A stretch of DNA of 64,000 bases, taken from assembly GCF_009914755.1 (NCBI RefSeq), contig NC_060933.1, one strand, 5' to 3'. Made by a program: the position numbers and the translations under genes. The notes beneath the pieces are model-generated. The model worked only from the letters and a program-made list of their open reading frames with translations. It had not been told where the DNA came from and searched no databases. This stretch comes from the human T2T-CHM13v2.0 reference genome, Homo sapiens. Below are positions 13,401 through 27,100 of the stretch, one piece after another (within the stretch, counting starts at the first letter, position 1; the number at the start of each line of letters is the position of its first letter).

Positions 13401-14315
13401 TTAAGCGCTTTCAGGCCTGTGGTGAGAAAGGAAATATCTTCAAATAAAAACTAGACAGAAGCATTCTCAGAAACTTATTTGCGATGTGTGTCCTCAACTA
13501 ACAGAGTTGAACCTTTCTTTTGATACAACATTTTGGAAACACTCTTTTTGTAGAATCTGCAAGTGGATATTTGGATAGCTTTGAAGGTTTCGTTGGAAAC
13601 GGGAATATCTTCATATGAAATCAAGACAGAAGCATTCTCAGAAACTTCTCTGTGATGTTTGCATTCAACTCATAGAGTTGAACACTTCCCTTCATACAGC
13701 AGGTTTGAAACACTCTTTTTCTAATATTTGGAAGTGGACATTTGCAGCGCTTTGAGGCCTATGTTGAAAAAGGAAATATCTTCTCCTAAAAACCAGACAG
13801 AAGCATTCTCAGAAACTTCCTTGTGATGTGTGTACTCAAGTAACAGAGTTGAACCTTCCTTTTGACAGAGCAGTTTTGAAGCACTCTTTTTGTAGAATCT
13901 GCAAGTGGATATTTTGATACCTTTGAGGATTTCGTTGGACACGGGATATCTTCATATAAAATCTAGACAGAAGCATTCTCAAAAACTTCTTTGTGCTGTA
14001 TGTCCTCAATTAACAGAGTTGAACCTTTGTGTGGATACAGCATTTTGGAAACATTCCTTTAGTAGAATCTGCAAGTTGATATTTAGATAGCTAGGAAGAT
14101 TTCCTTGGAAACGGGAATATCTTCATATAAAATCTAGACGGAAGCATTCTCAGAAAGTGCTTTGTGATGTTTGCATTCAAGTCACAGAGTTGAATATTCC
14201 CTTTTATAGAGCAGGTTTGAAACACTCTTTCTGCACTACCTGGAAGTGGACATTTGGAGCGCTTTGAGGCCTATGTTGAAAAAGGAAATATCTTCCCATA
14301 AAAACTAGACAGAAG
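10404..14315 (+). repeat. 23-mer HOR variant (3912 bp); others at 20267-24178 and 30130-34041
   Basis: Marker spacing is 3912 for 9993->13905, 19856->23768 and 29719->33631. Confidence 0.9.
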
Positions 14316-17300
14316 CATTCTCAGAAACTTGTTTGTGATGTGTGTATTCAACTAACAGAGATGAACCTTTCTTTTTACAGAGCAGTTTTGAAACACTCTT
14401 TTTGTGGAATCTGAAAGTGGATATTTGGATAGCTTTGAGGATTTCGTTGGAAACGGGATTACATATAAAACCTAGAGAGAAGCATTCTCAGGAAGTTCTT
14501 TGTGATGTTTGCCTTCAAGTCACAGGACTGAACATTCCCTTTCATAGAGCAGGTTTGAAACACTCTTTCTGTAGTATCTGCAAGCTGACGTTTCAAGCGC
14601 TTTCAGGCCTATGGTGAGAAAGGAAATATCTTCAAGTAAAAACTAGACAGAAGCATTCTCAGAAACTTATTTGAGATGTGTGTTCTCAACTAACAGAGTT
14701 GAACCTTTGTTTTGATATGGCATTTTGGAAACACTCTTTTTGTAGAATCTGCAGGTGGATATTCGGATAGCTTTGAAGGTTTCGTTGGAAACGGGAATAT
14801 CTTCATATAAAATCAAGACAGAAGCATTCTCAGAAACTTCTCTGTGATGTTTGCATTCAACTCGTAGAGTTGAACACTTCCCTTCATACAGCAGGTTTGA
14901 AACACTCTTTTTGTAATATTTGGAAGTGGACATTTGCAGCGCTTTGAGGCCTATGATGAAAAAGGAAATATCTTCCCATAAAAACTAGACAGAAGCATTC
15001 TCAGAAACTTGTTTGTGATGTGTGTATTCAACTAACAGAGATGAACCTTTCTTTTTACAGAGCAGTTTTGAAACACTCTTTTTGTGGAATCTGAAAGTGG
15101 ATATTTGGATAGCTTTGAGGATTTCGTTGGAAACGGGATTACATATAAAACCTAGAGAGAAGCATTCTCAGGAACTTCTTTGTGATGTTTGCATTCAAGT
15201 CACAGAACTGAACATTCCCTTTCATAGAGCAGGTTTGAAACACTCTTTCTGTAGTATCTGCAAGCTGACGTTTCAAGCGCTTTCAGGCCTATGGTGAGAA
15301 AGGAAATATCTTCAAGTAAAAACTAGACAGAAGCATTCTCAGAAACTTATTTGCGATGTGTGTTCTCAACTAACAGAGTTGAACCTTTGTTTTGATATGG
15401 CATTTTGGAAACACTCTTTTTGTAGAATCTGCAGGTGGATATTCAGATAGCTTTGAAGGTTTTGTTGGAAACGGGAATATCTTCATATAAAATCTAGACG
15501 GAAGCATTCTCAGAAACTGCTTTGTGATGTTTTCATTCAAGTCACAGAGTAGAATGTTCCCTGTTATATACCAGGTTTGAGACACTCTTTCTGCACTACC
15601 TGGAAGTGGACATTTGCAGCGCTTTGAGGACTATGATGAAAAAGGAAATATCTTCCCATAAAAACTAGACAGAAGCATTCTCAGAAACTTGTTTTTGATG
15701 TGTGTATTCAACTAACAGAGATGAACCTTTCTTTTTACAGAGCAGTTTTGAAACACTCTTTTTGTGGAATCTGAAAGTGGATATTTGGATAGCTTTGAGG
15801 ATTTCGTTGGAAACGGGATTAAATATAAAATCTAGAGAGAAGCATTCTCAGGAACTTCTTTGTGATGTTTGCATTCACGTCACAGAACTGAACATTCCCT
15901 TTCATAGAGCATGTTTGAAACACTCTTTCTGTAGTATCTGCAAACGGACATTTCAAACGCTTTCAGGCCTATGGTGAGAAAGGAAATATCTTCAAATAAA
16001 AACTAGACAGAAGCATTCTCAGAAACTTATGTGCGATGTGTGTCCTCAACTAACAGAGTTGAACCTTTCTTTTGATACAACATTTTGGAAACACTCTTTT
16101 TGTAGAATCTGCAAGTGGATATTTGAATAGCTTTGAAGGTTTCGTTGGAAACGGGAATATCTTCATATAAAATCAAGACAGAAGCATTCTCAGAAACTTC
16201 TCTGTGATGTTTGCATTCAACTCATAGAGTTGAACACTTCCCTTCATACAGCAGGTTTGAAACACTCTTTTTGTAATATTTGGAAGTGGACATTTGCAGC
16301 GCTTTGAGGCCTATGATGAAAAAGGTAATATCTTCCCATAAAAACTAGACAGAAGCATTCTCAGAAACTTGTTTGTGATGTGTGTATTCAACTAACAGAG
16401 ATGAACCTTTCTTTTTACAGAGCAGTTTTGAAACACTCTTTTTGTGGAATCTGAAAGTGGATATTTGGATAGCTTTGCGGATTTCGTTGGAAACGGGATT
16501 ACATATAAAACCTAGAGAGAAGCATTCTCAGGAACTTCTTTGCGATGTTTGCATTCAAGTCACAGAACTGAACATTCCCTTTCATAGAGCAGGTTTGAAA
16601 CATTCTTTCTGTAGTATCTGCAAGCTGACGTTTCAAGCGCTTTCAGGCCTATGGTGAGAAAGGAAATTTCTTCAAGTAAAAACTAGACAGAAGCATTCTC
16701 AGAAACTTATTTGCGATGTGTGTTCTCAACTAACAGAGTTGAACCTTTGTTTTGATATGGCATTTTGGAAACACTCTTTTTGTAGAATCTGCAGGTGGAT
16801 ATTCGGATAGCTTTGAAGGTTTCGTTGGAAACGGGAATATCTTCATATAAAATCTAGACGGAAGCATTCTCAGAAACTGCTTTGTGATGTTTTCATTCAA
16901 GTCACAGAGTAGAATGTTCCCTGTTATATACCAGGTTTGAGACACTCTTTCTGCACTACATGGAAGTGGACGTTTGGAGTGCTTTGAGGCCTATGTTGAA
17001 AAAGGAAATATCATCCCATAAAAACTAGACAGAAGCATTCTCAGAAACTTGTTTGTGATGTGTGTATTCAACTAACAGAGATGAACCTTTCTTTTTACAG
17101 AGCAGTTTTGAAACACTCTTTTTGTGGAATCTGAAAGTGGATATTTGGATAGCTTTGAGGATTTCGTTGGAAACGGGATTACATATAAAATCTAGAGAGA
17201 AGCATTCTCAGGAACTTCTTTGTGATGTTTGCATTCACGTCACAGAACTGAACACTCCCTTTCATAGAGCATGTTTGAAACACTCTTTCTGTAGTATCTG

Positions 17301-20266
17301 CAAACGGACATTTCAAACGCTTTCAGGCCTATGGTGAGAAAGGAAATATCTTCAAATAAAAACTAGACAGAAGCATTCTCAGAAACTTATTTGCGATGTG
17401 TGTCCTCAACTAACAGAGTTGAACCTTTCTTTTGATACAACATTTTGGAAACACTCTTTTTGTAGAATCTGCAAGTGGATATTTGAATAGCTTTGAAGGT
17501 TTCGTTGGAAACGGGAATATCTTCATATAAAATCAAGACAGAAGCATTCTCAGAAACTTCTCTGTGATGTTTGCATTCAACTCATAGAGTTGAACACTTC
17601 CCTTCATACAGCAGGTTTGAAACACTCTTTTTGTAATATTTGGAAGTGGACATTTGCAGCGCTTTGAGGCCTATGATGAAAAAGGTAATATCTTCCCATA
17701 AAAACTAGACAGAAGCATTCTCAGAAACTTGTTTGTGATGTGTGTATTCAACTAACAGAGATGAACCTTTCTTTTTACAGAGCAGTTTTGAAACACTCTT
17801 TTTGTGGAATCTGAAAGTGGATATTTGGATAGCTTTGCGGATTTCGTTGGAAACGGGATTACATATAAAACCTAGAGAGAAGCATTCTCAGGAACTTCTT
17901 TGCGATGTTTGCATTCAAGTCACAGAACTGAACATTCCCTTTCATAGAGCAGGTTTGAAACATTCTTTCTGTAGTATCTGCAAGCTGACGTTTCAAGCGC
18001 TTTCAGGCCTATGGTGAGAAAGGAAATTTCTTCAAGTAAAAACTAGACAGAAGCATTCTCAGAAACTTATTTGCGATGTGTGTTCTCAACTAACAGAGTT
18101 GAACCTTTGTTTTGATATGGCATTTTGGAAACACTCTTTTTGTAGAATCTGCAGGTGGATATTCGGATAGCTTTGAAGGTTTCGTTGGAAACGGGAATAT
18201 CTTCATATAAAATCTAGACGGAAGCATTCTCAGAAACTGCTTTGTGATGTTTTCATTCAAGTCACAGAGTAGAATGTTCCCTGTTATATACCAGGTTTGA
18301 GACACTCTTTCTGCACTACATGGAAGTGGACGTTTGGAGTGCTTTGAGGCCTATGTTGAAAAAGGAAATATCATCCCATAAAAACTAGACAGAAGCATTC
18401 TCAGAAACTTGTTTGCGATGTGTGTATTCAACTAACAGAGATGAACCTTTCTTTTTACAGAGCAGTTTTGAAACACTCTTTTTGTGGAATCTGAAAGTGG
18501 ATATTTGGATAGCTTTGAGGATTTCGTTGGAAACGGGATTACATATAAAATCTAGAGAGAAGCATTCTCAGGAACTTCTTTGTGATGTTTGCATTCACGT
18601 CACAGAACTGAACATTCCCTTTCATAGAGCATGTTTGAAACACTCTTTCTGTAGTATCTGCAAACGGACATTTCAAACGCTTTCAGGCCTATGGTGAGAA
18701 AGGAAATATCTTCAAATAAAAACTAGACAGAAGCATTCTCAGAAACTTATTTGCGATGTGTGTCCTCAACTATCAGAGTTGAACCTTTCTTTTGATACAA
18801 CATTTTGGAACCACTCTTTTTGTAGAATCTGCAAGTGGATATTTGAATAGCTTTGAAGGTTTCGTTGGAAACGGGAATATCTTCATATAAAATCAAGACA
18901 GAAGCATTCTCAGAAACTTCTCTGTGATGTTTGCATTCAACTCATAGAGTTGAACACTTCCCTTCATACAGCAGGTTTGAAACACTCTTTTTGTAATATT
19001 TGGAAGTGGACATTTGCAGCGCTTTGAGGCCTATGATGAAAAAGGAAATATCTTCCCATAAAAACTAGACAGAAGCATTCTCAGAAACTTGTTTGTGATG
19101 TGTGTATTCAACTAACAGAGATGAACCTTTCTTTTTACAGAGCAGTTTTGAAACACTCTTTTTGTGGAATCTGAAAGTGGATATTTGGATAGCTTTGCGG
19201 ATTTCGTTGGAAACGGGATTACATATAAAATCTAGGGAGAAGCATTCTCAGGAACTTCTTTGTGATGTTTGCATTCAAGTCACAGAACTGAACATTCCCT
19301 TTCATAGAGCAGGTTTGAAACACTCTTTCTGTAGTATCTGCAAGCGGACGTTTTAAGCGCTTTCAGGCCTGTGGTGAGAAAGGAAATATCTTCAAATAAA
19401 AACTAGACAGAAGCATTCTCAGAAACTTATTTGCGATGTGTGTCCTCAACTAACAGAGTTGAACCTTTCTTTTGATACAACATTTTGGAAACACTCTTTT
19501 TGTAGAATCTGCAAGTGGATATTTGGATAGCTTTGAAGGTTTCGTTGGAAACGGGAATATCTTCATATGAAATCAAGACAGAAGCATTCTCAGAAACTTC
19601 TCTGTGATGTTTGCATTCAACTCATAGAGTTGAACACTTCCCTTCATACAGCAGGTTTGAAACACTCTTTTTCTAATATTTGGAAGTGGACATTTGCAGC
19701 GCTTTGAGGCCTATGTTGAAAAAGGAAATATCTTCTCCTAAAAACCAGACAGAAGCATTCTCAGAAACTTCCTTGTGATGTGTGTACTCAAGTAACAGAG
19801 TTGAACCTTCTTTTGACAGAGCAGTTTTGAAGCACTCTTTTTGTAGAATCTGCAAGTGGATATTTTGATACCTTTGAGGATTTCGTTGGACACGGGATAT
19901 CTTCATATAAAATCTAGACAGAAGCATTCTCAGAAACTTCTTTGTGCTGTATGTCCTCAATTAACAGAGTTGAACCTTTGTGTGGATACAGCATTTTGGA
20001 AACATTCCTTTAGTAGAATCTGCAAGTTGATATTTAGATAGCTAGGAAGATTTCCTTGGAAACGGGAATATCTTCATATAAAATCTAGACGGAAGCATTC
20101 TCAGAAAGTGCTTTGTGATGTTTGCATTCAAGTCACAGAGTTGAATATTCCCTTTTATAGAGCAGGTTTGAAACACTCTTTCTGCACTACCTGGAAGTGG
20201 ACATTTGGAGCGCTTTGAGGCCTATGTTGAAAAAGGAAATATCTTCCCATAAAAACTAGACAGAAG
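14316..20266 (+). repeat. 35-mer HOR variant (5951 bp), copy 1
   Basis: Seven 680-bp 4-mers (marker starts 14342 to 18422) are followed by an 1191-bp 7-mer with a 1-bp deletion. Confidence 0.9.
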
Positions 20267-23200
20267 CATTCTCAGAAACTTGTTTGTGATGTGTGTATTC
20301 AACTAACAGAGATGAACCTTTCTTTTTACAGAGCAGTTTTGAAACACTCTTTTTGTGGAATCTGAAAGTGGATATTTGGATAGCTTTGAGGATTTCGTTG
20401 GAAACGGGATTACATATAAAACCTAGAGAGAAGCATTCTCAGGAACTTCTTTTTGATGTTTGCCTTCAAGTCACAGGACTGAACATTCCCTTTCATAGAG
20501 GAGGTTTGAAACACTCTTTCTGTAGTATCTGCAAGCTGACGTTTCAAGCGCTTTCAGGCCTATGGTGAGAAAGGAAATATCTTCAAGTAAAAACTAGACA
20601 GAAGCATTCTCAGAAACATATTTGCCATGTGTGTTCTCAACTAACAGAGTTGAACCTTTGTTTTGATATGGCATTTTGGAAACACTCTTTTTGTAGAATC
20701 TGCAGGTGGATATTCGGATAGCTTTGAAGGTTTCGTTGGAAACGGGAATATCTTCATATAAAATCTAGACGGAAGCATTCTCAGAAACTGCTTTGTGATG
20801 TTTTCATTCAAGTCACAGAGTAGAATGTTCCCTGTTATATACCAGGTTTGAGACACTCTTTCTGCACTACCTGGAAGTGGACATTTGCAGCGCTTTGAGG
20901 CCTATGATGAAAAAGGAAATATCTTCCCATAAAAACTAGACAGAAGCATTCTCAGAAACTTGTTTTTGATGTGTGTATTCAACTAACAGAGATGAACCTT
21001 TCTTTTTACAGAGCAGTTTTGAAACACTCTTTTTGTGGAATCTGAAAGTGGATATTTGGATAGCTTTGAGGATTTCGTTGGAAACGGGATTACATATAAA
21101 ATCTAGAGAGAAGCATTCTCAGGAACTTCTTTGTGATGTTTGCATTCACGTCACAGAACTGAACATTCCCTTTCATAGAGCATGTTTGAAACACTCTTTC
21201 TGTAGTATCTGCAAACGGACATTTCAAACGCTTTCAGGCCTATGGTGAGAAAGGAAATATCTTCACATAAAAACTAGACAGAAGCATTCTCAGAAACTTA
21301 TTTGCGATGTGTGTCCTCAACTAACAGAGTTGAACCTTTCTTTTGATACAACATTTTGGAACCACTCTTTTTGTAGAATCTGCAAGTGGATATTTGAATA
21401 GCTTTGAAGGTTTCGTTGGAAACGGGGATATCTTCATATAAAATCAAGACAGAAGCATTCTCAGAAACTTCTCTGTGATGTTTGCATTCAACTCAAACAG
21501 TTGAACACTTCCCTTCATACAGCAGGTTTGAAACACTCTTTTTGTAATATTTGGAAGTGGACATTTGCAGCGCTTTGAGGCCTATGATGAAAAAGGTAAT
21601 ATCTTCCCATAAAAACTAGACAGAAGCATTCTCAGAAACTTGTTTGTGATGTGTGTATTCAACTAACAGAGATGAACCTTTCTTTTTACAGAGCAGTTTT
21701 GAAACACTCTTTTTGTGGAATCTGAAAGTGGATATTTGGATAGCTTTGCGGATTTCGTTGGAAACGGGATTACATATAAAACCTAGAGAGAAGCATTCTC
21801 AGGAACTTCTTTGCGATGTTTGCATTCAAGTCACAGAACTGAACATTCCCTTTCATAGAGCAGGTTTGAAACACTCTTTCTGTAGTATCTGCAAGCTGAC
21901 GTTTCAAGCGCTTTCAGGCCTATGGTGAGAAAGGAAATTTCTGCAAGTAAAAACTAGACAGAAGCATTCTCAGAAACTTATTTGCGATGTGTGTTCTCAA
22001 CTAACAGAGTTGAACCTTTGTTTTGATATGGCATTTTGGAAACACTCTTTTTGTAGAATCTGCAGGTGGATATTCGGATAGCTTTGAAGGTTTCGTTGGA
22101 AACGGGAATATCTTCATATAAAATCTAGACGGAAGCATTCTCAGAAACTGCTTTGTGATGTTTTCATTCAAGTCACAGAGTAGAATGTTCCCTGTTATAT
22201 ACCAGGTTTGAGACACTCTTTCTGCACTACCTGGAAGTGGACGTTTGGAGCGCTTTGAGGCCTATGTTGAAAAAGGAAATATCTTCCCATAAAAACTAGA
22301 CAGAAGCATTCTCAGAAACTTGTTTTTGATGTGTGTATTCAACTAACAGAGATGAACCTTTCTTTTTACAGAGCAGTTTTGAAACACTCTTTTTGTGGAA
22401 TCTGAAAGTGGATATTTGGATAGCTTTGAGGATTTCGTTGGAAACGGGATTACATATAAAATCTAGAGAGAAGCATTCTCAGGAACTTCTTTGTGATGTT
22501 TGCATTCACGTCACAGAACTGAACATTCCCTTTCATAGAGCATGTTTGAAACACTCTTTCTGTAGTATCTGCAAACGGACATTTCAAACGCTTTCAGGCC
22601 TATGGTGAGAAAGGAAATATCTTCAAATAAAAACTAGACAGAAGCATTCTCAGAAACTTATTTGCGATGTGTTTCCTCAACTATCAGAGTTGAACCTTTC
22701 TTTTGATACAACATTTTGGAACCACTCTTTTTGTAGAATCTGCAAGTGGATATTTGAATAGCTTTGAAGGTTTCGTTGGAAACGGGAATATCTTCATATA
22801 AAATCAAGACAGAAGCATTCTCAGAAACTTCTCTGTGATGTTTGCATTCAACTCATAGAGTTGAACACTTCCCTTCATACAGCAGGTTTGAAACACTCTT
22901 TTTGTAATATTTGGAAGTGGACATTTGCAGCGCTTTGAGGCCTATGATGAAAAAGGAAATATCTTCCCATAAAAACTAGACAGAAGCATTCTCAGAAACT
23001 TGTTTGTGATGTGTGTATTCAACTAACAGAGATGAACCTTTCTTTTTACAGAGCAGTTTTGAAACACTCTTTTTGTGGAATCTGAAAGTGGATATTTGGA
23101 TAGCTTTGCGGATTTCGTTGGAAACGGGATTACATATAAAATCTAGGGAGAAGCATTCTCAGGAACTTCTTTGTGATGTTTGCATTCAAGTCACAGAACT

Positions 23201-24178
23201 GAACATTCCCTTTCATAGAGCAGGTTTGAAACACTCTTTCTGTAGTATCTGCAAGCGGACGTTTTAAGCGCTTTCAGGCCTGTGGTGAGAAAGGAAATAT
23301 CTTCAAATAAAAACTAGACAGAAGCATTCTCAGAAACTTATTTGCGATGTGTGTCCTCAACTAACAGAGTTGAACCTTTCTTTTGATACAACATTTTGGA
23401 AACACTCTTTTTGTAGAATCTGCAAGTGGATATTTGGATAGCTTTGAAGGTTTCGTTGGAAACGGGAATATCTTCATATGAAATCAAGACAGAAGCATTC
23501 TCAGAAACTTCTCTGTGATGTTTGCATTCAACTCATAGAGTTGAACACTTCCCTTCATACAGCAGGTTTGAAACACTCTTTTTCTAATATTTGGAAGTGG
23601 ACATTTGCAGCGCTTTGAGGCCTATGTTGAAAAAGGAAATATCTTCTCCTAAAAACCAGACAGAAGCATTCTCAGAAACTTCCTTGTGATGTGTGTACTC
23701 AAGTAACAGAGTTGAACCTTCCTTTTGACAGAGCAGTTTTGAAGCACTCTTTTTGTAGAATCTGCAAGTGGATATTTTGATACCTTTGAGGATTTCGTTG
23801 GACACGGGATATCTTCATATAAAATCTAGACAGAAGCATTCTCAAAAACTTCTTTGTGCTGTATGTCCTCAATTAACAGAGTTGAACCTTTGTGTGGATA
23901 CAGCATTTTGGAAACATTCCTTTAGTAGAATCTGCAAGTTGATATTTAGATAGCTAGGAAGATTTCCTTGGAAACGGGAATATCTTCATATAAAATCTAG
24001 ACGGAAGCATTCTCAGAAAGTGCTTTGTGATGTTTGCATTCAAGTCACAGAGTTGAATATTCCCTTTTATAGAGCAGGTTTGAAACACTCTTTCTGCACT
24101 ACCTGGAAGTGGACATTTGGAGCGCTTTGAGGCCTATGTTGAAAAAGGAAATATCTTCCCATAAAAACTAGACAGAAG

Positions 24179-27100
24179 CATTCTCAGAAACTTGTTTGTG
24201 ATGTGTGTATTCAACTAACAGAGATGAACCTTTCTTTTTACAGAGCAGTTTTGAAACACTCTTTTTGTGGAATCTGAAAGTGGATATTTGGATAGCTTTG
24301 AGGATTTCGTTGGAAACGGGATTACATATAAAACCTAGAGAGAAGCATTCTCAGGAAGTTCTTTGTGATGTTTGCCTTCAAGTCACAGGACTGAACATTC
24401 CCTTTCATAGAGCAGGTTTGAAACACTCTTTCTGTAGTATCTGCAAGCTGACGTTTCAAGCGCTTTCAGGCCTATGGTGAGAAAGGAAATATCTTCAAGT
24501 AAAAACTAGACAGAAGCATTCTCAGAAACTTATTTGAGATGTGTGTTCTCAACTAACAGAGTTGAACCTTTGTTTTGATATGGCATTTTGGAAACACTCT
24601 TTTTGTAGAATCTGCAGGTGGATATTCGGATAGCTTTGAAGGTTTCGTTGGAAACGGGAATATCTTCATATAAAATCAAGACAGAAGCATTCTCAGAAAC
24701 TTCTCTGTGATGTTTGCATTCAACTCGTAGAGTTGAACACTTCCCTTCATACAGCAGGTTTGAAACACTCTTTTTGTAATATTTGGAAGTGGACATTTGC
24801 AGCGCTTTGAGGCCTATGATGAAAAAGGAAATATCTTCCCATAAAAACTAGACAGAAGCATTCTCAGAAACTTGTTTGTGATGTGTGTATTCAACTAACA
24901 GAGATGAACCTTTCTTTTTACAGAGCAGTTTTGAAACACTCTTTTTGTGGAATCTGAAAGTGGATATTTGGATAGCTTTGAGGATTTCGTTGGAAACGGG
25001 ATTACATATAAAACCTAGAGAGAAGCATTCTCAGGAACTTCTTTGTGATGTTTGCATTCAAGTCACAGAACTGAACATTCCCTTTCATAGAGCAGGTTTG
25101 AAACACTCTTTCTGTAGTATCTGCAAGCTGACGTTTCAAGCGCTTTCAGGCCTATGGTGAGAAAGGAAATATCTTCAAGTAAAAACTAGACAGAAGCATT
25201 CTCAGAAACTTATTTGCGATGTGTGTTCTCAACTAACAGAGTTGAACCTTTGTTTTGATATGGCATTTTGGAAACACTCTTTTTGTAGAATCTGCAGGTG
25301 GATATTCAGATAGCTTTGAAGGTTTTGTTGGAAACGGGAATATCTTCATATAAAATCTAGACGGAAGCATTCTCAGAAACTGCTTTGTGATGTTTTCATT
25401 CAAGTCACAGAGTAGAATGTTCCCTGTTATATACCAGGTTTGAGACACTCTTTCTGCACTACCTGGAAGTGGACATTTGCAGCGCTTTGAGGACTATGAT
25501 GAAAAAGGAAATATCTTCCCATAAAAACTAGACAGAAGCATTCTCAGAAACTTGTTTTTGATGTGTGTATTCAACTAACAGAGATGAACCTTTCTTTTTA
25601 CAGAGCAGTTTTGAAACACTCTTTTTGTGGAATCTGAAAGTGGATATTTGGATAGCTTTGAGGATTTCGTTGGAAACGGGATTAAATATAAAATCTAGAG
25701 AGAAGCATTCTCAGGAACTTCTTTGTGATGTTTGCATTCACGTCACAGAACTGAACATTCCCTTTCATAGAGCATGTTTGAAACACTCTTTCTGTAGTAT
25801 CTGCAAACGGACATTTCAAACGCTTTCAGGCCTATGGTGAGAAAGGAAATATCTTCAAATAAAAACTAGACAGAAGCATTCTCAGAAACTTATTTGCGAT
25901 GTGTGTCCTCAACTAACAGAGTTGAACCTTTCTTTTGATACAACATTTTGGAAACACTCTTTTTGTAGAATCTGCAAGTGGATATTTGAATAGCTTTGAA
26001 GGTTTCGTTGGAAACGGGAATATCTTCATATAAAATCAAGACAGAAGCATTCTCAGAAACTTCTCTGTGATGTTTGCATTCAACTCATAGAGTTGAACAC
26101 TTCCCTTCATACAGCAGGTTTGAAACACTCTTTTTGTAATATTTGGAAGTGGACATTTGCAGCGCTTTGAGGCCTATGATGAAAAAGGTAATATCTTCCC
26201 ATAAAAACTAGACAGAAGCATTCTCAGAAACTTGTTTGTGATGTGTGTATTCAACTAACAGAGATGAACCTTTCTTTTTACAGAGCAGTTTTGAAACACT
26301 CTTTTTGTGGAATCTGAAAGTGGATATTTGGATAGCTTTGCGGATTTCGTTGGAAACGGGATTACATATAAAACCTAGAGAGAAGCATTCTCAGGAACTT
26401 CTTTGCGATGTTTGCATTCAAGTCACAGAACTGAACATTCCCTTTCATAGAGCAGGTTTGAAACATTCTTTCTGTAGTATCTGCAAGCTGACGTTTCAAG
26501 CGCTTTCAGGCCTATGGTGAGAAAGGAAATTTCTTCAAGTAAAAACTAGACAGAAGCATTCTCAGAAACTTATTTGCGATGTGTGTTCTCAACTAACAGA
26601 GTTGAACCTTTGTTTTGATATGGCATTTTGGAAACACTCTTTTTGTAGAATCTGCAGGTGGATATTCGGATAGCTTTGAAGGTTTCGTTGGAAACGGGAA
26701 TATCTTCATATAAAATCTAGACGGAAGCATTCTCAGAAACTGCTTTGTGATGTTTTCATTCAAGTCACAGAGTAGAATGTTCCCTGTTATATACCAGGTT
26801 TGAGACACTCTTTCTGCACTACATGGAAGTGGACGTTTGGAGTGCTTTGAGGCCTATGTTGAAAAAGGAAATATCATCCCATAAAAACTAGACAGAAGCA
26901 TTCTCAGAAACTTGTTTGTGATGTGTGTATTCAACTAACAGAGATGAACCTTTCTTTTTACAGAGCAGTTTTGAAACACTCTTTTTGTGGAATCTGAAAG
27001 TGGATATTTGGATAGCTTTGAGGATTTCGTTGGAAACGGGATTACATATAAAATCTAGAGAGAAGCATTCTCAGGAACTTCTTTGTGATGTTTGCATTCA

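Noticed and set aside
19673-19960. Distinct 95-aa minus-strand ORF (also 29536-29823)
   Set aside because: It is a frameshift product of the 1-bp deletion.
21411-21427. CENP-B box variant ending CGGGG (also ~31274)
   Set aside because: The change is at non-core position 17, so it was not counted as a knock-out.
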